The position numbers and the translations under genes were made by a program. The notes under the pieces were generated by a model. It did not search any database and was not told the DNA's origin. It was given only the letters and a program-made list of their open reading frames with translations. A stretch of DNA of 64,000 nucleotides from Anthoceros angustus (lineage: Eukaryota; Plantae; Anthocerotophyta), in NCBI GenBank assembly GCA_010909165.1, contig VJWM01000218.1, forward strand, positions 124,001 to 188,000, given 5' to 3'. The number at the start of each line of letters is the position of its first letter. Positions within the stretch are counted from its first letter, which is position 1. Shown here piece after piece: positions 50,301 through 64,000 of this stretch.

Positions 50301-53300
50301 CGAACTAATGACTTTGCCAAAGCCACCGTACTCAAACGCAAATCAACAATGAGTACGCGCATTGATCCTAGATTGTGGAGGTGTCTGTAGATGTGAAACC
50401 ACCGACACCTAGTGAGCTTCCTTTCCTCTTGTGATACCTTTGTATGGGCACACATTTTATAGAGCCATTGTAGGAGATGCCAAATCCAGTAAGGAATGTT
50501 GCAATCAAACACCGAGTGGTTCGCACTAAAGTAAGACAAATGGTATCGAGAGCCAAGGAACGATTCCAATATTTCCAAATGAGGATCGACACCGCAACAC
50601 ATTGAGGATGGCACCGGATTGGCGGTCCGCAATTCACGCGATGATGAGTATGCGCCGCGTGGTGGCCAAGTGAATTGCGGAATTGCGTGAGGTTGTTGAC
50701 TTGCCCGATACACGGTCTTTGGGCGATAGCGGGTCAACCCGGTAATGTTTGGTTAAGTCGAATTTGGTGCTCAAGATGAGGCATCGTTCACAAGCCACGT
50801 CGGTAGGCACGCCGGTGCACTCATGACTCCGGTGCCGATGGTGCGTCGGGACTCCGACCCCTCGCGAATCGTCAACTTACCGGCGCACTCGGGAATACGT
50901 GCGGTTGGCCGACGCCTCGGGCCGGACTCCGGGTCCGGACGACGGACGCTTGGCGGCGGGCCGCAAGGTTGCATCATTGGCACTCGGTTCGTCGACCCAC
51001 GACCGATCGCTGCGACGCCAATTCACGTGAACCGGATTTAAAGGATGCCGTGGTTGCTCGACTATCGGCGATTCTTCAAGAAAGAAATGGAATTTTTGAG
51101 TGTCCACTTCAATACATGTCTTGTGAAATGCGCAACTTGATACAAAGTTTATTACAATCGATTGTATTATACATGTGAAGTCAACTTTCACGGTCCACCC
51201 TAGGCAAGGTCTAAAACCCCAACATTTTGTACGCTTATGTTGCGTTATAAATCGCCTAGGTCTCTGTGGTACCATGTGGAAGATGGGAAACGAGTTTGTC
51301 ATCTTCAAGTTCAAAGGACGTCTACAAAGAGGACATTGGCTCCTCCATGTTCCACCCATTCATCAATACATGTCTTGTGAAATGTGTGGGAGCACCTTGA
51401 TAATTGTCGCCTCATCTTGAAATCGTTAAGGCATATCTGCCAATCGCTTCTTGACAGTGATGATTCGAAACTCATCGGTAGGGGATACCTAGCTTTGCTT
51501 CGGCGCGATGACATAGCAATCAACACTCTAGTTTCTTGTCGAGTGACATTGAGAAAGTCGGAAGTGGAAGAGGGGTCACCGTTGCAGCAGATGGAGATCC
51601 AAAGAGCGCGTGACAACGCTGAGAACGCCACATTGATGCCACGAACTAATGACTTTGCCAAAGCCACCGTGACTCAAACGCAAATCAACAATGAGTACGC
51701 GCATTGATCCTAGATTGTGGAGGTCTGCTGTAGATGTGAAACCACCGACACCTAGTGAGCTTCCTTTCCTCGTGATACCTTTGTATGGGCAGGCGTATTA
51801 CATTTTATAGAGCCATTGTAGGAGATGCCAAATCCAAAGGCCAAGGAATGTTGCAATCAAACACCGAGTGGTTCGCACAAAGTAAGACAAATGGTATCGA
51901 GAGCCAACGATTCCAATATTTCCAAATGAGGGATCGACATGCAACACATTGAGGATGGCACCGGATTGGCGGTCCGCGCCCGCCCGCCGATGATGAGTGT
52001 CGCATCGCCACGTGGTGGCCAAGTGAATTGCGGTGCGTGAGGTTGTTGACTTGCCCGATACACGAGGTCTTTGGCGATAGCGGACGGTCAACCCGGTAAT
52101 GTTTGGTTAAGTCGAATTTGGTGCTGCCTAAGATGAGGCATCGCTCACAAGCCACGCCGGTACGCAGTGCCGGCACTCATGACTCCGGTGCGGGTGTGCG
52201 TCGGGACTCAGACCCTCGCGAATCGTCAACTTACCGCGCACTTCGAATACGTCGGTGGCGGCCTCGGCGCCGGACTCCGGTCGGACGGACGACGGACGCT
52301 TGGCAGTCTGCGCGGCAAGGTTGCATCATTTGGCACTCGGTTGTCCCAACGACCCGGATCGCTGGACGCCAATTCACGTGAACCGGATTTAAAGGATGCC
52401 GTGGTTGCTCGACTATCGGCGATTCTTCAAGAAAGAAATGGAATTTTTGAGTGTCCACTTCAATACATGTCTTGTGAAATGCAACTTGATACAAAGTTTA
52501 TTACAATCGATTGTATTATACATGTGAAGTCAACTTTCACGGTCCACCCTAGGCAAGGTCTAAAACCCCAACATTTTGTACGCTTATGTTGCGTTATAAA
52601 TCGCCTAGGTCATCTTGGTGGTACCATGTGGAAGATGGGAAACGAGTTTGTCATCTTCAAGTTCAAAGGACGCCTACAAAGAGGAGTTGGCTCTCCATGT
52701 TCCACCCATTCATCAATACATGTCTTGTGAAATGTGGGAGCACCTTGATAATTGTCGCCTTCCTCATTGACCTTGAAATCGTTAAGGCATATCTCAATCG
52801 CCTCTTTTCGACAGTGATGATTCGAAACTCGCTGGGATACCTACAGGCTTGGTGGCGCGATGACATAGCAATCAACACTCTAGTTTCTTGTCGAGTGACA
52901 TTGAGAAAGTCGGAAGTGGAAGAGGGGTCACCGTTGCATGGAGATCCAAAGAGCGACGTGACAACGCTGAGAACGCCACATTGATGCCACGAACTAATGA
53001 CTTTGCCAAAGCCACACAAACGCAAATCAACAATGAGTACGCGATTGATCCTAGATTGTGGGTCGCGGTGTGATGTGAAACCACGACACCTAGTGAGCTT
53101 CCTTTCCTCGTGATACCTTTGTATGGGCGGTATGCTACATTTTATAGAGCCATTGTAGGAGATGCCAAATCCAAAGGCCAAGGAATGTTGCAATCAAACC
53201 GAGTGGTTCGCACAAAGTAAGACAAATGGTATCGAGCCGACGATTCCAATATTTCCAAATGAGGATCGACACAGCAACACATTGAGGATGGCACGATTAC

Positions 53301-56300
53301 GGTCCGCACCGTTCAGCGATGATGAGTATGCGATGCCGCGTGGTGGCCAGTGAATGATTGCGTGAGGTTGTTGACTTGCCCGATACACGGAGTCTTTGGC
53401 GATAGCGACGGCCAACCCGGTAATGTTTGGTTAAGTCGAATTTGGTGCTCCCGCCCGAAGATGAGGCATCGTCACAAGCCACGCCGGTAGGCACGCTGCG
53501 TGCACTCATGACTCCGGTGCGATGGTGCGCCGGACTCCACCCCTCGCGAATCGTCAACTTACCGGCGCACTTTCGGGAATCGCGTGCCGGTTGGCCGGCA
53601 ACTCTCTCGGCGGGACTCCGGACGCTCGAGACTGAGCGACGGGGCGCTTGGCCAGCGCATCATTGGCACTTTCGGTTCGTCAGGACACGACCCGAGATCG
53701 CTCGCGGACGCCAATTCACGTGAACCGGATTTAAAGGATGCCGTGGTTGCTCGACTATCGGCGATTCTTCAAGAAAGAAATGGAATTTTTGAGTGTCCAC
53801 TTCAATACATGTCTTGTGAAATGCGCAACTTGATACAAAGTTTATTACAATCGATTGTATTATACATGTGAAGTCAACTTTCACGGTCCACCCTAGGCAA
53901 GGTCTAAAACCCCAACATTTTTTACGCTTATGTTGCGTTATAAATCGCCTAGGTGCTGTTGGTACCATGTGGAAGATGGGAAAGAGTTTGTCATCTTCAA
54001 GTTCAAAGGACGTCTACAAAGAGACGATTGGCTCCATGTTCCACCATTCATCAATACATGTCTTGTGAAATGTGTGGAGCACCTTGATAATTGTCTTCCT
54101 CATCCTTGACCTTGAAATCGTTAAGGCATATCGCAATCGCTCTCTGTTCTTGACAGTGATGATTCGAAACTCATCTAGGGATACCCCCAATAATGCTGGC
54201 GATGACATAGCAATCAACACTCTAGTTTCTTGTCGGTGACATTGAGAAAGTCGGAAGTGGAAGAGGGGTCCGTTAGCAGATGGAGATCCAAAGAGCGACG
54301 TGACAACGCTGAGAACGCCACATTGATGCCACAACTAATGACTTTGCCAAAGCCACCGTACTCAAACGCAAATCAACAATGAGTACGCGCATTGATCCTA
54401 GATTGTGGAGGTGAGATGTGAAACCACCGACACCTAGTGAGCTTCCTTTCCTACTGGATACCTTTGTATGGGCAGCAGTGCTACATTTTATAGAGCCATT
54501 GTAGGAGATGCCAAATCCAAAGGCCAAGGAATGTTGCAATCAAACAAAGTGGTTCACCAAAGTAAGACAAATGGTATCGAGCCAGGAACCATTCCAATAT
54601 TTCCAAATGAGGGGATCGACACGGCAACACATTGAGATGGCACCGGATTGGCGGTCCGCACTCCAGTTCCGCTGGCGATGATGAGTATGCGATCGCCACG
54701 TGGTGGCCAAGTGGTGAATTGGCGTGAGGTTGTTGACTTGCCCGATATACGAGGTGCGGGCGATAGCGGATGTCAACCCGGTAATGTTTGGTTAAGTCAA
54801 TTTGGTGCTCTGGAAGATGAGGCATCGTTCACTGCCACGCCGGTAGGCACGGCGCCGGTGCACTCATGACTCCGGTGCGATGGTGCGTGGGACTCCACCC
54901 CTCGCGAATCGTCACTTACCCGCACTCGGAATACGCTGCCGGTTGGCCGACGCCTCTCGGGCGCCGGACTCGAGGTCGGACGGAACGACGGACGCTTGGC
55001 GGTGCGCGGCCGCAAGGTTATCATTTGGCACTCGGTTCGTCAAGGCGACCCAGCGACCGAGATCATTTCATGCGACGCCAATTCACGTGAACTGGATTTA
55101 AAGGATGCCGTGGTTGCTCGACTATCGGCGATTCTTCAAGAAAGAAATGGAATTTTTGAGTGTCCACTTCAATACATGTCTTGTGAAATCGCAGATACAA
55201 AGTTTATTACAATCGATTGTATTATACATGTGAAGTCAACTTTCACGGTCCACCTAGGCAAGGTCTAAAACCCCAACATTTTGTACGCTTATGTTGCGTT
55301 ATAAATCGCTAGGTCTCGTACCATGGAAGATGGAAGCGAGTTTGTCATCTTCAAGTTCAAAGGACGCCTACAAAGAGGACGTTGGCTCCTCCATGTTCCA
55401 ACCATTCATCAATACATGTCTTGTGAAATGTGTGGAGCACCTTGATAATTGTCATTTCTCCTCCTTGACCTTGAAATCGTTAAGGCATATCGCAATCGCT
55501 CTCCTGTTCTTGACAGTGATGATTCGAAACTCATCGGCGGATACCCCAACGGTATTTGGTGGCCATGACATAGCAATCAACACTCTAGTTTCTTGGGTGA
55601 CATTGAGAAAGTCGGAAGTGGAAGAGGGGTCAACCGTTGCTAGATGGAGATCCAAAGAGCGCACGTGACAACGCGTTGAGAAGCGTACATTGATGCCACG
55701 AACTAATGACTTTGCCAAAGCCACCGTGCTCAAACGCAAATCAACAATGAGTACAGCGCATTGATCCTAGATTGTGGAGGTGCTGCGGTAGATGTGAAAC
55801 CACCGACACCTAGTGAGCTTCCTTTCCTCTTGTGATACCTTTGTATGGGCGGTTGTGCTACATTTTATAGAGCCATTGTAGGAGATGCCAAATCCAAAGG
55901 CCAAGGAATGTTGCACCAAACACCGAGTGGTTCGCACCAAAGTAAGACAAATGGTATCGAGAGCGAGAGCGATTCCAATATTTCCAAATGAGGGATCGAC
56001 ACCGCTGCAACATTGAGGATGCACCGGATTGGCGGTCCGCACCGCGATGATGATACGATGCACGTGGTGGCCAAGTGAATTATGCGGAATTGCGTGAGGT
56101 TGTTGACTTGCCCGAGTCTTTGGCGATAGCGGGGGTCAACCCGGTAATGTTTGGTTAAGTCGAATTTGGTGCTCTGGGAAGATGAGGCATCTCACAAGCC
56201 ACGTCGGTAGGCACGGCTGCGGCCTCATGACTCGGTGCCGATGGTGCGTCGGGACTCCAGGCCCCTCGCGAATCGTCAACTTACCGGCGCACCGGGGAAT

Positions 56301-59300
56301 CGCGTGCGGATGGCCGGCGCTCTGGGCCGACTCCGGTCGGACGCTACGGGCGCTTGGCGAGCGAGTCGGCCAGGTTGCATCATTTGGCACTCGGTTCGTC
56401 GGGCGACCCAACCCGGATCGCCGCGACGCCTTAATTCACGTGAACCGGATTTAAAGGATGCGTGGTTGCTCGACTATCGGTGATTCTTCAAGAAAGAAAT
56501 GGAATTTTTGAGTGTCCACTTCAATACATGTCTTGTGAAATGCAACTTGATACAAAGTTTATTACAATCGGTTATGTGTATACATGTGAAGTCAACTTTC
56601 ACTTCCACCTAGGCAAGGTCTAAAACCCCAACATTTTATGTACGCTTATGTTGCTATAAATCGCCTAGGTCATGTTGGTACCATGTGGAAGATGGGAAAC
56701 GAGTTTGTCATCTTCAAGTTCAAAGGCGTCTACAAAGAGGACGTTGGCTCCTCCATGTTCCACCCATTCATCAATACATGTCTTGTGAAATGTGTGGGAG
56801 CACCTTGATAATTGTCTTGCTTCATCACTTGACCTTGAAATCGTTAAGGCATATCTTTGCCAATCGCTCTCCTGTTCTTGACGTGATGATTGAAACTCAT
56901 CGGTGAGGATACCCCAGCATGTTTGGCTGGCGCGATGACATAGCAATCAACACTCTAGTTTCTTGTCGAGTGACATTGAGAAAGTCGGAAGTGGAAGAGG
57001 GGTCTTTGCGCAGATGGAGATCCAAAGAGCGCACGTGACAACGTTGAGAACGTCCATTGATGCCGCGAACTAATGACTTTGCCAAAGCCACCGTACTCAA
57101 ACGCCAAATCAACAATGAGTACGCGCATTGATCCTAGATTGTGGAGGTGTCAGCTGTAGATGTGAAACCACCGACACCTAGTGAGCTTCCTTTCCTACTT
57201 TGGATACCTTTGTATGGGTAAGCTACATTTTATAGAGCCATTGTAGGAGATGCCAAATCCAAAGGCCAAGGAATGTTGCAATCAAACACCGAGTGGTTCG
57301 CACCAAAGTAAGACAAATGGTATCGGTGAGCCAATGAAGCGATTCCAATATTTCCAAATGAGGGATCGACACCGCGCAACCACATTGAGGATGGCCGATT
57401 GGCGGTCCGCACCTGGTTTCGCTGATGATGGTATGCACGATCGCACGCGTGGTGAATAGTGAATTGCGTGAGGTTGTTGACTTGCCCGATACACGAGTCT
57501 TTGGCGTCGATAGCGGGACTGATCAACCCGTAATGTTTGGTTAAGTCGAATTTGGTGCTCTGCCAAGATGAGGCATCGCTCACAAGCCACGCCGGTAGCA
57601 CGCCGGTGCACTCATGACTCCGGGTGCCGATGGCGTCGACTCCAGGCCCTCTGAATCGTCAACTTACCGGCGCACTTCGGGGAATACGGCGTGCGGTGGC
57701 GACGCCTCGGGCGCCGGACTCCGGGACGGAACGGGCGGACGCTTGAGGCAGTCGGTGTAGCTGCATCATTTGGCACTCGGTTCGTCGAACTCGACCGGAT
57801 CGCTCATGCGATCGCCAATTCACACGGAACCGGATTTAAAGGATGCCGTGGTTGCTCGACTATCGGCGATTCTTCAAGAAAGAAAATTTTTGAGTGTCCA
57901 CTTCAATACATGTCTTGTGAAATGCGCAACTTGATACAAAGTTTATTACAATCGATTGTATTATGCATGTAGAAGTCAACTTTCACGGTCCACCCTAGGC
58001 AAGGTCTAAAACCCCAACATTTTGTATGCGCTTATGTTGTTATAAATACTTAGGTATCCGGTACCATGTGGAAGATGGGAAGCGAGTTTGTCATCTTCAA
58101 GTTCAAAGGACGTCTACAAAGAGGAGTTGGCTCCTCCATGTTCCACCCATTCATCAATACATGTCTTGTGAAATGTGGAGCACCTTGATAATTGTCTTTC
58201 CTCATCACCTTGAAATCGTTAAGGCATATCTTAATCGCTCTCTGTTCTTGACGGTGATGATTCAACTCATCGTGAGGATACCCCCAGCAATTTGGTGGCG
58301 CTCGATGACATAGCAATCAACACTCTAGTTTCTTGTCAGTGACATTGAGAAAGTCGGAAGTGGAAGGGGTCCGTTGCGGTAGATGGAGATCCAAAGAGGC
58401 ATGCGTGACAAGCGTTGAGAACGTCACATTGATGCCACGAACTAATGACTTTGCTAAAGCCACCGTACTCAAACGCAAATCAACAATGAGTACGCGCGTT
58501 GATCCTAGATTGTGGAGGTGCTGCACCAGAGATGTGAAACCACCAGGCACCTATGAGCCGAGCTTCCTTTCTGTGATACTTTGTATGGGCAGGCTGTTTT
58601 TATAGAGCCATCAGAGATGCCAAAGTAGAATGTTGCAATCAAAACAAGTGGTTCGCACCAAAGTAAGACAAATGGTATCGAGAGCCAAGGAACGATTCCA
58701 ATATTTCCAAATGAGGGATCGACACCGCGGCAACATTGAGGATGGCACCGGATTGGCGGTCCGCACCGGTTCAGCTGCGATGATGAGTATACGGTCGCCA
58801 CGTGGCAGGCCAAGTGGAATGCGGAATTCGTGAGGTTGTTGACTTGCCCGACACGAGGTCGGGCGATAGCGGACGGCCAACCCAGGGTAATGTTTGGTTA
58901 AGTCGAATTGCTCATGGGAAGAATGATGAGCATCGCTCACAGCCACGGGTACGGCTGCGGTGCCGTCATGACTCCGGGTCGATGGTGCGTCGGGACTCCA
59001 CCCCTCGCGGAGAATCGTCCTTCACCGGCCGCACTTTTCGGGGCTCGCGTGCCGGTTGTGACGCTCGGGCGCCGGACCCGGCCGGGCACGGGGCGGCAGC
59101 GGTCTTGGCTGGCGCCGCAAGGTTGCATCATTTACACTCCTTTCGGAATCTCCACCACTGACGGATCGCCGCGACGCCAATTCACGTGAACCGGATTAAA
59201 GGATGCCGTGGTTGCTTTCGACTATCGGCGATTCTTCAAGAAAGAAATGGAATTTTTGAGTGTCCACTTCACATGTCTTGTAAATGCGCAACTTGATACA

Positions 59301-62300
59301 AAGTTTTTATTGCAATCGATTGCTTATACATACATGTGAAGTCAACTTTCACGGTCCACCTAGGCAAGGTCTAAAACCCCAACATTTTGTACGCTTATGT
59401 TGCGTTATAAATCCGATGCAATATTTGGTACCATGTGGAAGATGGGAAAGCAGTTTGTCATCTTCAAGTTCAGGACGCCTACAAAGAGGACAAATTGGCT
59501 CCTCCATGTTCCACCCATTCATCAATACATGTCTTGTGAAAATTGGGAGCACCTTGATAATTGTCACCTTCCTCCTTGACCTTGAAATCGCGGCGTATAA
59601 CAATCGCTCTCCTACGTTCTTGACAGGGTGATGATTCGAACTCATCGGTAGGATACTCACATACCGCTTTGGTGGCGCTGATATAGCAATCAACACTCTA
59701 GTTTCTTGTCGAGTGACATTGAGAAAGTCGGAAGTGGAAGAGGGTCACCGGTTGCAGTATGGAGATCCAAAGAGCGCACGTGACAACGTTGAGAACGCCA
59801 CATTGATGCCACGAACTAATGACTTTGCCAAAGCCACGTGCTCAAGCAATCAACAATGAGTACGGCCAGATTGATCCTAGATTGTGGAGAGTGTGCGGTT
59901 GTGGATGTGAAACCACCGACACCTAGTGAGCTTCCTTTCACGATATGCCTTTGTATGGGCTGCTACATTTTATAGAGCCATTGTAGGAGATGCCAAACCA
60001 AAGGCCAAGGAATGTTGCAATCAAACACCGAGTGGTTCGCACCAAAGTAAGACAAATGGTATCGAGAGCCAAGCGGTTAATATTTCAAATGAGGGATCGA
60101 CAACACATTGAGGATGGCACCGGTTACGGGTCCGCACCGGTTCAGCTGCGATGATAGTATGCAAATGCGCACGCGTGGTGGCCAAGTGAATTCGCGAGGA
60201 ATTGCGTGAGGTTGTTGACTGCCCGATACGAGGTCAAGCGATGTGGACGGCCAACCGTAATGTTTGGTTGTCGAATTTGGTGCTCCCGCCGGGAAGATGA
60301 GGCATCGCTCACGCGTCGGTAGCCGCACGTGCCGGTGCACTCATGACTCCGGTGCCGATGGTGCGTCGGGACTCCGGAACCCCCGAATCGTCAACTTACC
60401 GCGCACTCGGAATACGGCGTGCGGCCGGCGCTCTCGGGGCGCCGACTTCGGGGTGGACGCTACGTGAGGCGCGGGCGAGCGCGGCGCCGCAAGGTTATCA
60501 TTGGCACTTTCGGTTCGTCACCCGACCGCGACGTATCGCCTGGCGCGTAATTCACGTGAACGGTTAAAGGATGCCGTGGTTGCTCGACTATCGGCGATTC
60601 TTGAAGAGTGGAATTTTTGAGTGTCCACTTCAATATGTCTTGTGAAATGCGCAACTTGATACAAAGTTTATTACAATCGATTGTATTATGTACATGAAGT
60701 CAACTTTCACGCCCACCCTAGGCAAGGTCTAAAACCCCAACATTTTTATGCGCTTATGTTGCGTTATAAATGCCGCCTACTCAGGTTGGCTGTACCATGT
60801 GGAAGATGGGAAACGAGTTTGTCATCTTCAAGTTCAAAGGACGCTCTACAAAGAGGACAGTTGGTCCTCCATGTTCCACCCATTCATCAATACATGTCTT
60901 GTGAAATGTGTGGGCACCTTGATAATTGTCGCTCTCATCGCCTTTGAAATCGTTGCGGCATATCTTTGTAATCGCTCTTACATTCTTGACGGTGATGATT
61001 AAACTCATCGTGAGGATACCCCCAACTGTTTCATCTGGCGATGACATAGCAATCAACACTCTAGTTTCTTGTCGAAAGTGACATTGAGAAAGTCGAAGTG
61101 GAAGAGGTCCTTGGTTCTGTGAGATGGAGATCCAAAGAGCGACGGTAACGCGTTGAGAACGCTATTGATGCCACGAACAATGACTTTGCCAAAGCCAACG
61201 TGCTCAAACGCAAATCAACAATGATGCAGCATTGATCCTAGATTGTGGAGGTCATGCGGTTGTAGATGTGAAACCACCGACACCTAGTGAGCTCCTTTCC
61301 CTCGCGATACCTTTTGTAGGCATGTGCTACATTTTATAGAGCCATTGTAGGAGATGCCAAATCCAAAGGCCAAGGAATGTTGCAATCAAAGCACCGAGTG
61401 GTTCGCACCAGCAAGACAAATGGTATCGAGGCCAAGGAACGATTCCAATATTTCCAAATGAGGGGATCGACACCGCGCAACATTGAGGATGGCACCGATT
61501 GGCGGTCCGCGCAGTTCAGCCCGATGATGAGATACGATGCGCCACGTGGTGTGCCAAGTGAATTGCGGAATTGCGTGAGGTTGTTGACTTGCGATACACG
61601 GTCTTTGAGGCGATAAGCGGGGCCAACCCGGTAATGTTGGTTAAGTCGAATTTGGTGCTCTAAGATGAGGCATCGTTCTACAAGCCACCGGTAGGCACGC
61701 TGCAGTGCCTCATGACTCCCGGGTGCCCGTAGTGCGTCGGGACTCCGACCCCTCGCGAACTTAAACCCACACTTTCGGAATACGCAGCCTGGGTTGGCCG
61801 ACGCTCTCGGCCGGACTCCGAGGAGTGGACGGCAGGGGCTTGGCAGGCGGCCGCGGTTGCATTTACATCATTTGGCTTTCGGTTCGTCACCCCATTACGA
61901 CAGGATCGCTCTAATTCACGTGAACCGGTTTAAAGGATGCGTGGTTGCTCGACTATCGGCGATTCTTCAAGAAAGAAATGGAATTTTTGAGTGTCACTTC
62001 AATACATGTCTTGTGAATGCGCAACTTGATACAAAGTTTGTACAATCCAGTTGTATTATACATGTGAAGTCAACTCACGGTCCACCTAGGCAAGGTCTAA
62101 AACCCCAACATTTTGTACGCTTATGTTATGCGTTATAAATCGCCTAGGTGCATGCATTTTGGTACAGTACCATGGAAGATGGGAACGAGTTTGTCATCTT
62201 CAAGTTCAAAGGGCGTCTACAAAGGGCGTTGGCTCCTCCATGTTCCACCCATTCATCAATACATGTCTTGAAATGTGTGGGAGCACTGATAATTGTCTTT

Positions 62301-64000
62301 TCACCTTGAAATCGCATGGCATATGCCTTAATCGCCTGTTCTGACAGTGATGATTCAAACTCATCAGGATACTAGCAATTTACCGCTTATGGCGCGATGA
62401 CATAGCAATCAACACTCTAGTTTCTTGTCGGTGACATTGAGAAAGTCGGAAGTGGAAGAGGGGTCCGGTTGCAGCGAGATGGAGATCAAAAGGCGCGTGA
62501 CAGCGTTGAGCGTCCACATTGATGCCACGAACTGACTTTGCCAAAGCCACCCAGTATAAGCGCAAATCAACAATAGATGCAGCGCATTGATCCTAGATTG
62601 TGGAGGTGCTGCATTGTAGATGTGGAAACCACCGGCACCTAGTGAGCTCTTTCCTCGTGATACCTTTGTATGGGCATGCTACATTTTATAGAGCCATTGT
62701 AGGAGATGCGTCCAAAGGCCAAGGAATGTTGCAATCAAACATAGTGGTTCGCACAAAGTAAGACAAATGTCGAGGCAAACGATTCCAATATTTCCAAATG
62801 AGGGATCGACCGCGCAACACATTGAGGATGGCACCGATTGGCGGTCCGCACCGTTCCAACCCGATGATGAGGCATGCCGTGGTTGTAGAGTGAATGCTGG
62901 AATTGCGTGAGGTTGACTTGCCCGATACGAGTCTTTGGGCGATAGCGGACGTCAACCCGGGTAATGTTTGGTTAAGTCGAATGGTGCTCTGCCGGAAGAT
63001 GAGGTCGTTCACAAGCCACGTCGGTAGGCACGGCTGCGGTGCCTCCATGACTCCCGGGTGCCGATGCGTCGGGACTCACCCTGGCGAATCGTCAACACCG
63101 GCGCACAAGAATCTGGCGTGCGGTTGGCGGCCTCGGGCGGGACTTTACCCGGGTCGAGACGGTGACGGACGCTTAGCAGTGCGGCGCCAGCGCCAAGGTT
63201 ACATCATTTAGCTTTCGGTTAAATCAATATGACAACCAGTCGCTTTCCGGACGCCAATTCACGTGGAACCATTTAAAGGATGCCGTGGTTGCTTTCATCA
63301 TCATTCTTGAAGAAGAAAGAAATGGAATTTTTGAGTGTCACTTCAATACATGTCTTGTGAAATCGAACTTGATACAAAGTTTATTACAATCGATTGTATT
63401 ATACATGTGAAGTCAACTTTCACGGTCCACCTAGGCAAGGTCTAAAACCCCAACATTTTGTACGCTTATTTGCGTTATAAATCGCCTAAGGTCTGGCCGG
63501 TACGGTACCATGTGGAAGATGGGGAAAGCGAGTTTGTCATCTTCGTCTAAAGGACGCCTACAAAGAGGACATTGGTTCTTCCATGTTCCACCCATTCATC
63601 AATACATGTCTTGTGAAATGTGTGGGAGCACCTTGATAATTGTCGCCTCCTCACTTGGAAATCGCTAAGGCATATGCTGCAATCGCTCACGACTTGATGT
63701 GATGATTCAAACTCATGGTAAGGATACCCCCAGCAGTTGTATCGGCGCTCGATGACATAGCAATCAACACTCTAGTTTCTTGTCGAGGTGACATTGAGAA
63801 AGTCGGAAGTGGAAGAGGGGTCCTTGCCGTTACGCAGATGGAGATCAGAGCGCACGTGACAGCGTTGAGAACGTCCATTGATGCCACGAACTAATGACTT
63901 GCCAAAGCCACCGTATCAAACGCAAATCAACAATGAGTACGCTGCATTGATCCTAGATTGTGGAGGTGCTGCAGAATCTGTAGATGTGAAACCACCGACA
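43103..64000 (-). repeat. Head-to-tail tandem array of ~1.36-kb units, each with a RING-H2 ORF; runs off the window end
   Basis: Anchor TCACGTGAAC.GGATTTAAAGGATGCCGTGG at ~43167, 44566, 45562, 46945, 48308, 49677, 51022, 52375, 53717, 55084, 56437, 57822, 59183, 60553, 61917, 63260. Confidence 0.95.
43389..44367 (-). CDS. Intronless RING-H2 (C3H2C3) E3 ubiquitin ligase-like ORF with a hydrophobic segment; first array copy (two apparent frameshifts as assembled)
   Basis: CSICLNDFKADEEAAQLSRCSHTFHKTCIDEWVEHGGANCPLCRRPL; upstream LALDTICLTLVRTTRCLIATFLGLWIWHLLQWLYKM. The start ATG at 44367 and the ~325-aa length are inferred by joining frames across copies. Confidence 0.7.

Noticed and set aside
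28746-64000. ABA-signalling module (PP2C plus XERICO/RHA-like RING array)
   Set aside because: The PP2C resembles clade F, not ABA clade A; three unrelated genes intervene; the RING subfamily is unassigned.
43103-64000. Array unit as a Helitron or other TE
   Set aside because: No convincing TC...hairpin-CTRR ends, TIRs, LTRs or transposase/Rep-Hel sequence seen; the only recognisable content is the RING ORF.

Overview
Eukaryotic land-plant nuclear DNA (short GT-AG introns, plastid SecA2; a non-seed plant is plausible but not provable here). No CRISPR or prokaryotic features. Left to right: (i) 1-6340, a nest of degenerate repeats with one CACTA terminus and several 25S-rRNA-derived segments. 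(ii) 6341-24969, a full-length Ty3/gypsy (Athila-like, non-chromovirus) LTR retrotransposon on the minus strand. It has TGTGGAA...TTCCACA LTRs of about 3.6 kb, an ACATC target-site duplication, PBS, PPT and frameshifted gag-PR-RT-RH-IN, plus a coding-like ORF inside each LTR. (iii) 24970-27755, the rest of the interrupted host repeat with a ~185-bp 25S rRNA fragment, duplicated. (iv) 28.7-42.5 kb, a clean gene island: clade-F-like PP2C plus a truncated duplicate, PMP22/Mpv17, SECA2, and an mS38/COX24-like (DUF1713) gene. (v) 43.1-64 kb, a head-to-tail array of ~1.36-kb units (16 anchor occurrences), each carrying an intronless RING-H2 ORF, running off the window end. At least nine local tandem duplications with short junction microhomologies are present, and the repeats are riddled with indels while unique genes look clean. 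Much of this may be long-read/consensus noise, so copy numbers and frameshifts need read-level checking. Best candidates for new biology: a repeat family carrying the same peptidyl-transferase-centre piece of 25S rRNA with a shared breakpoint, the ORF-containing giant LTRs, and the RING-H2 array.
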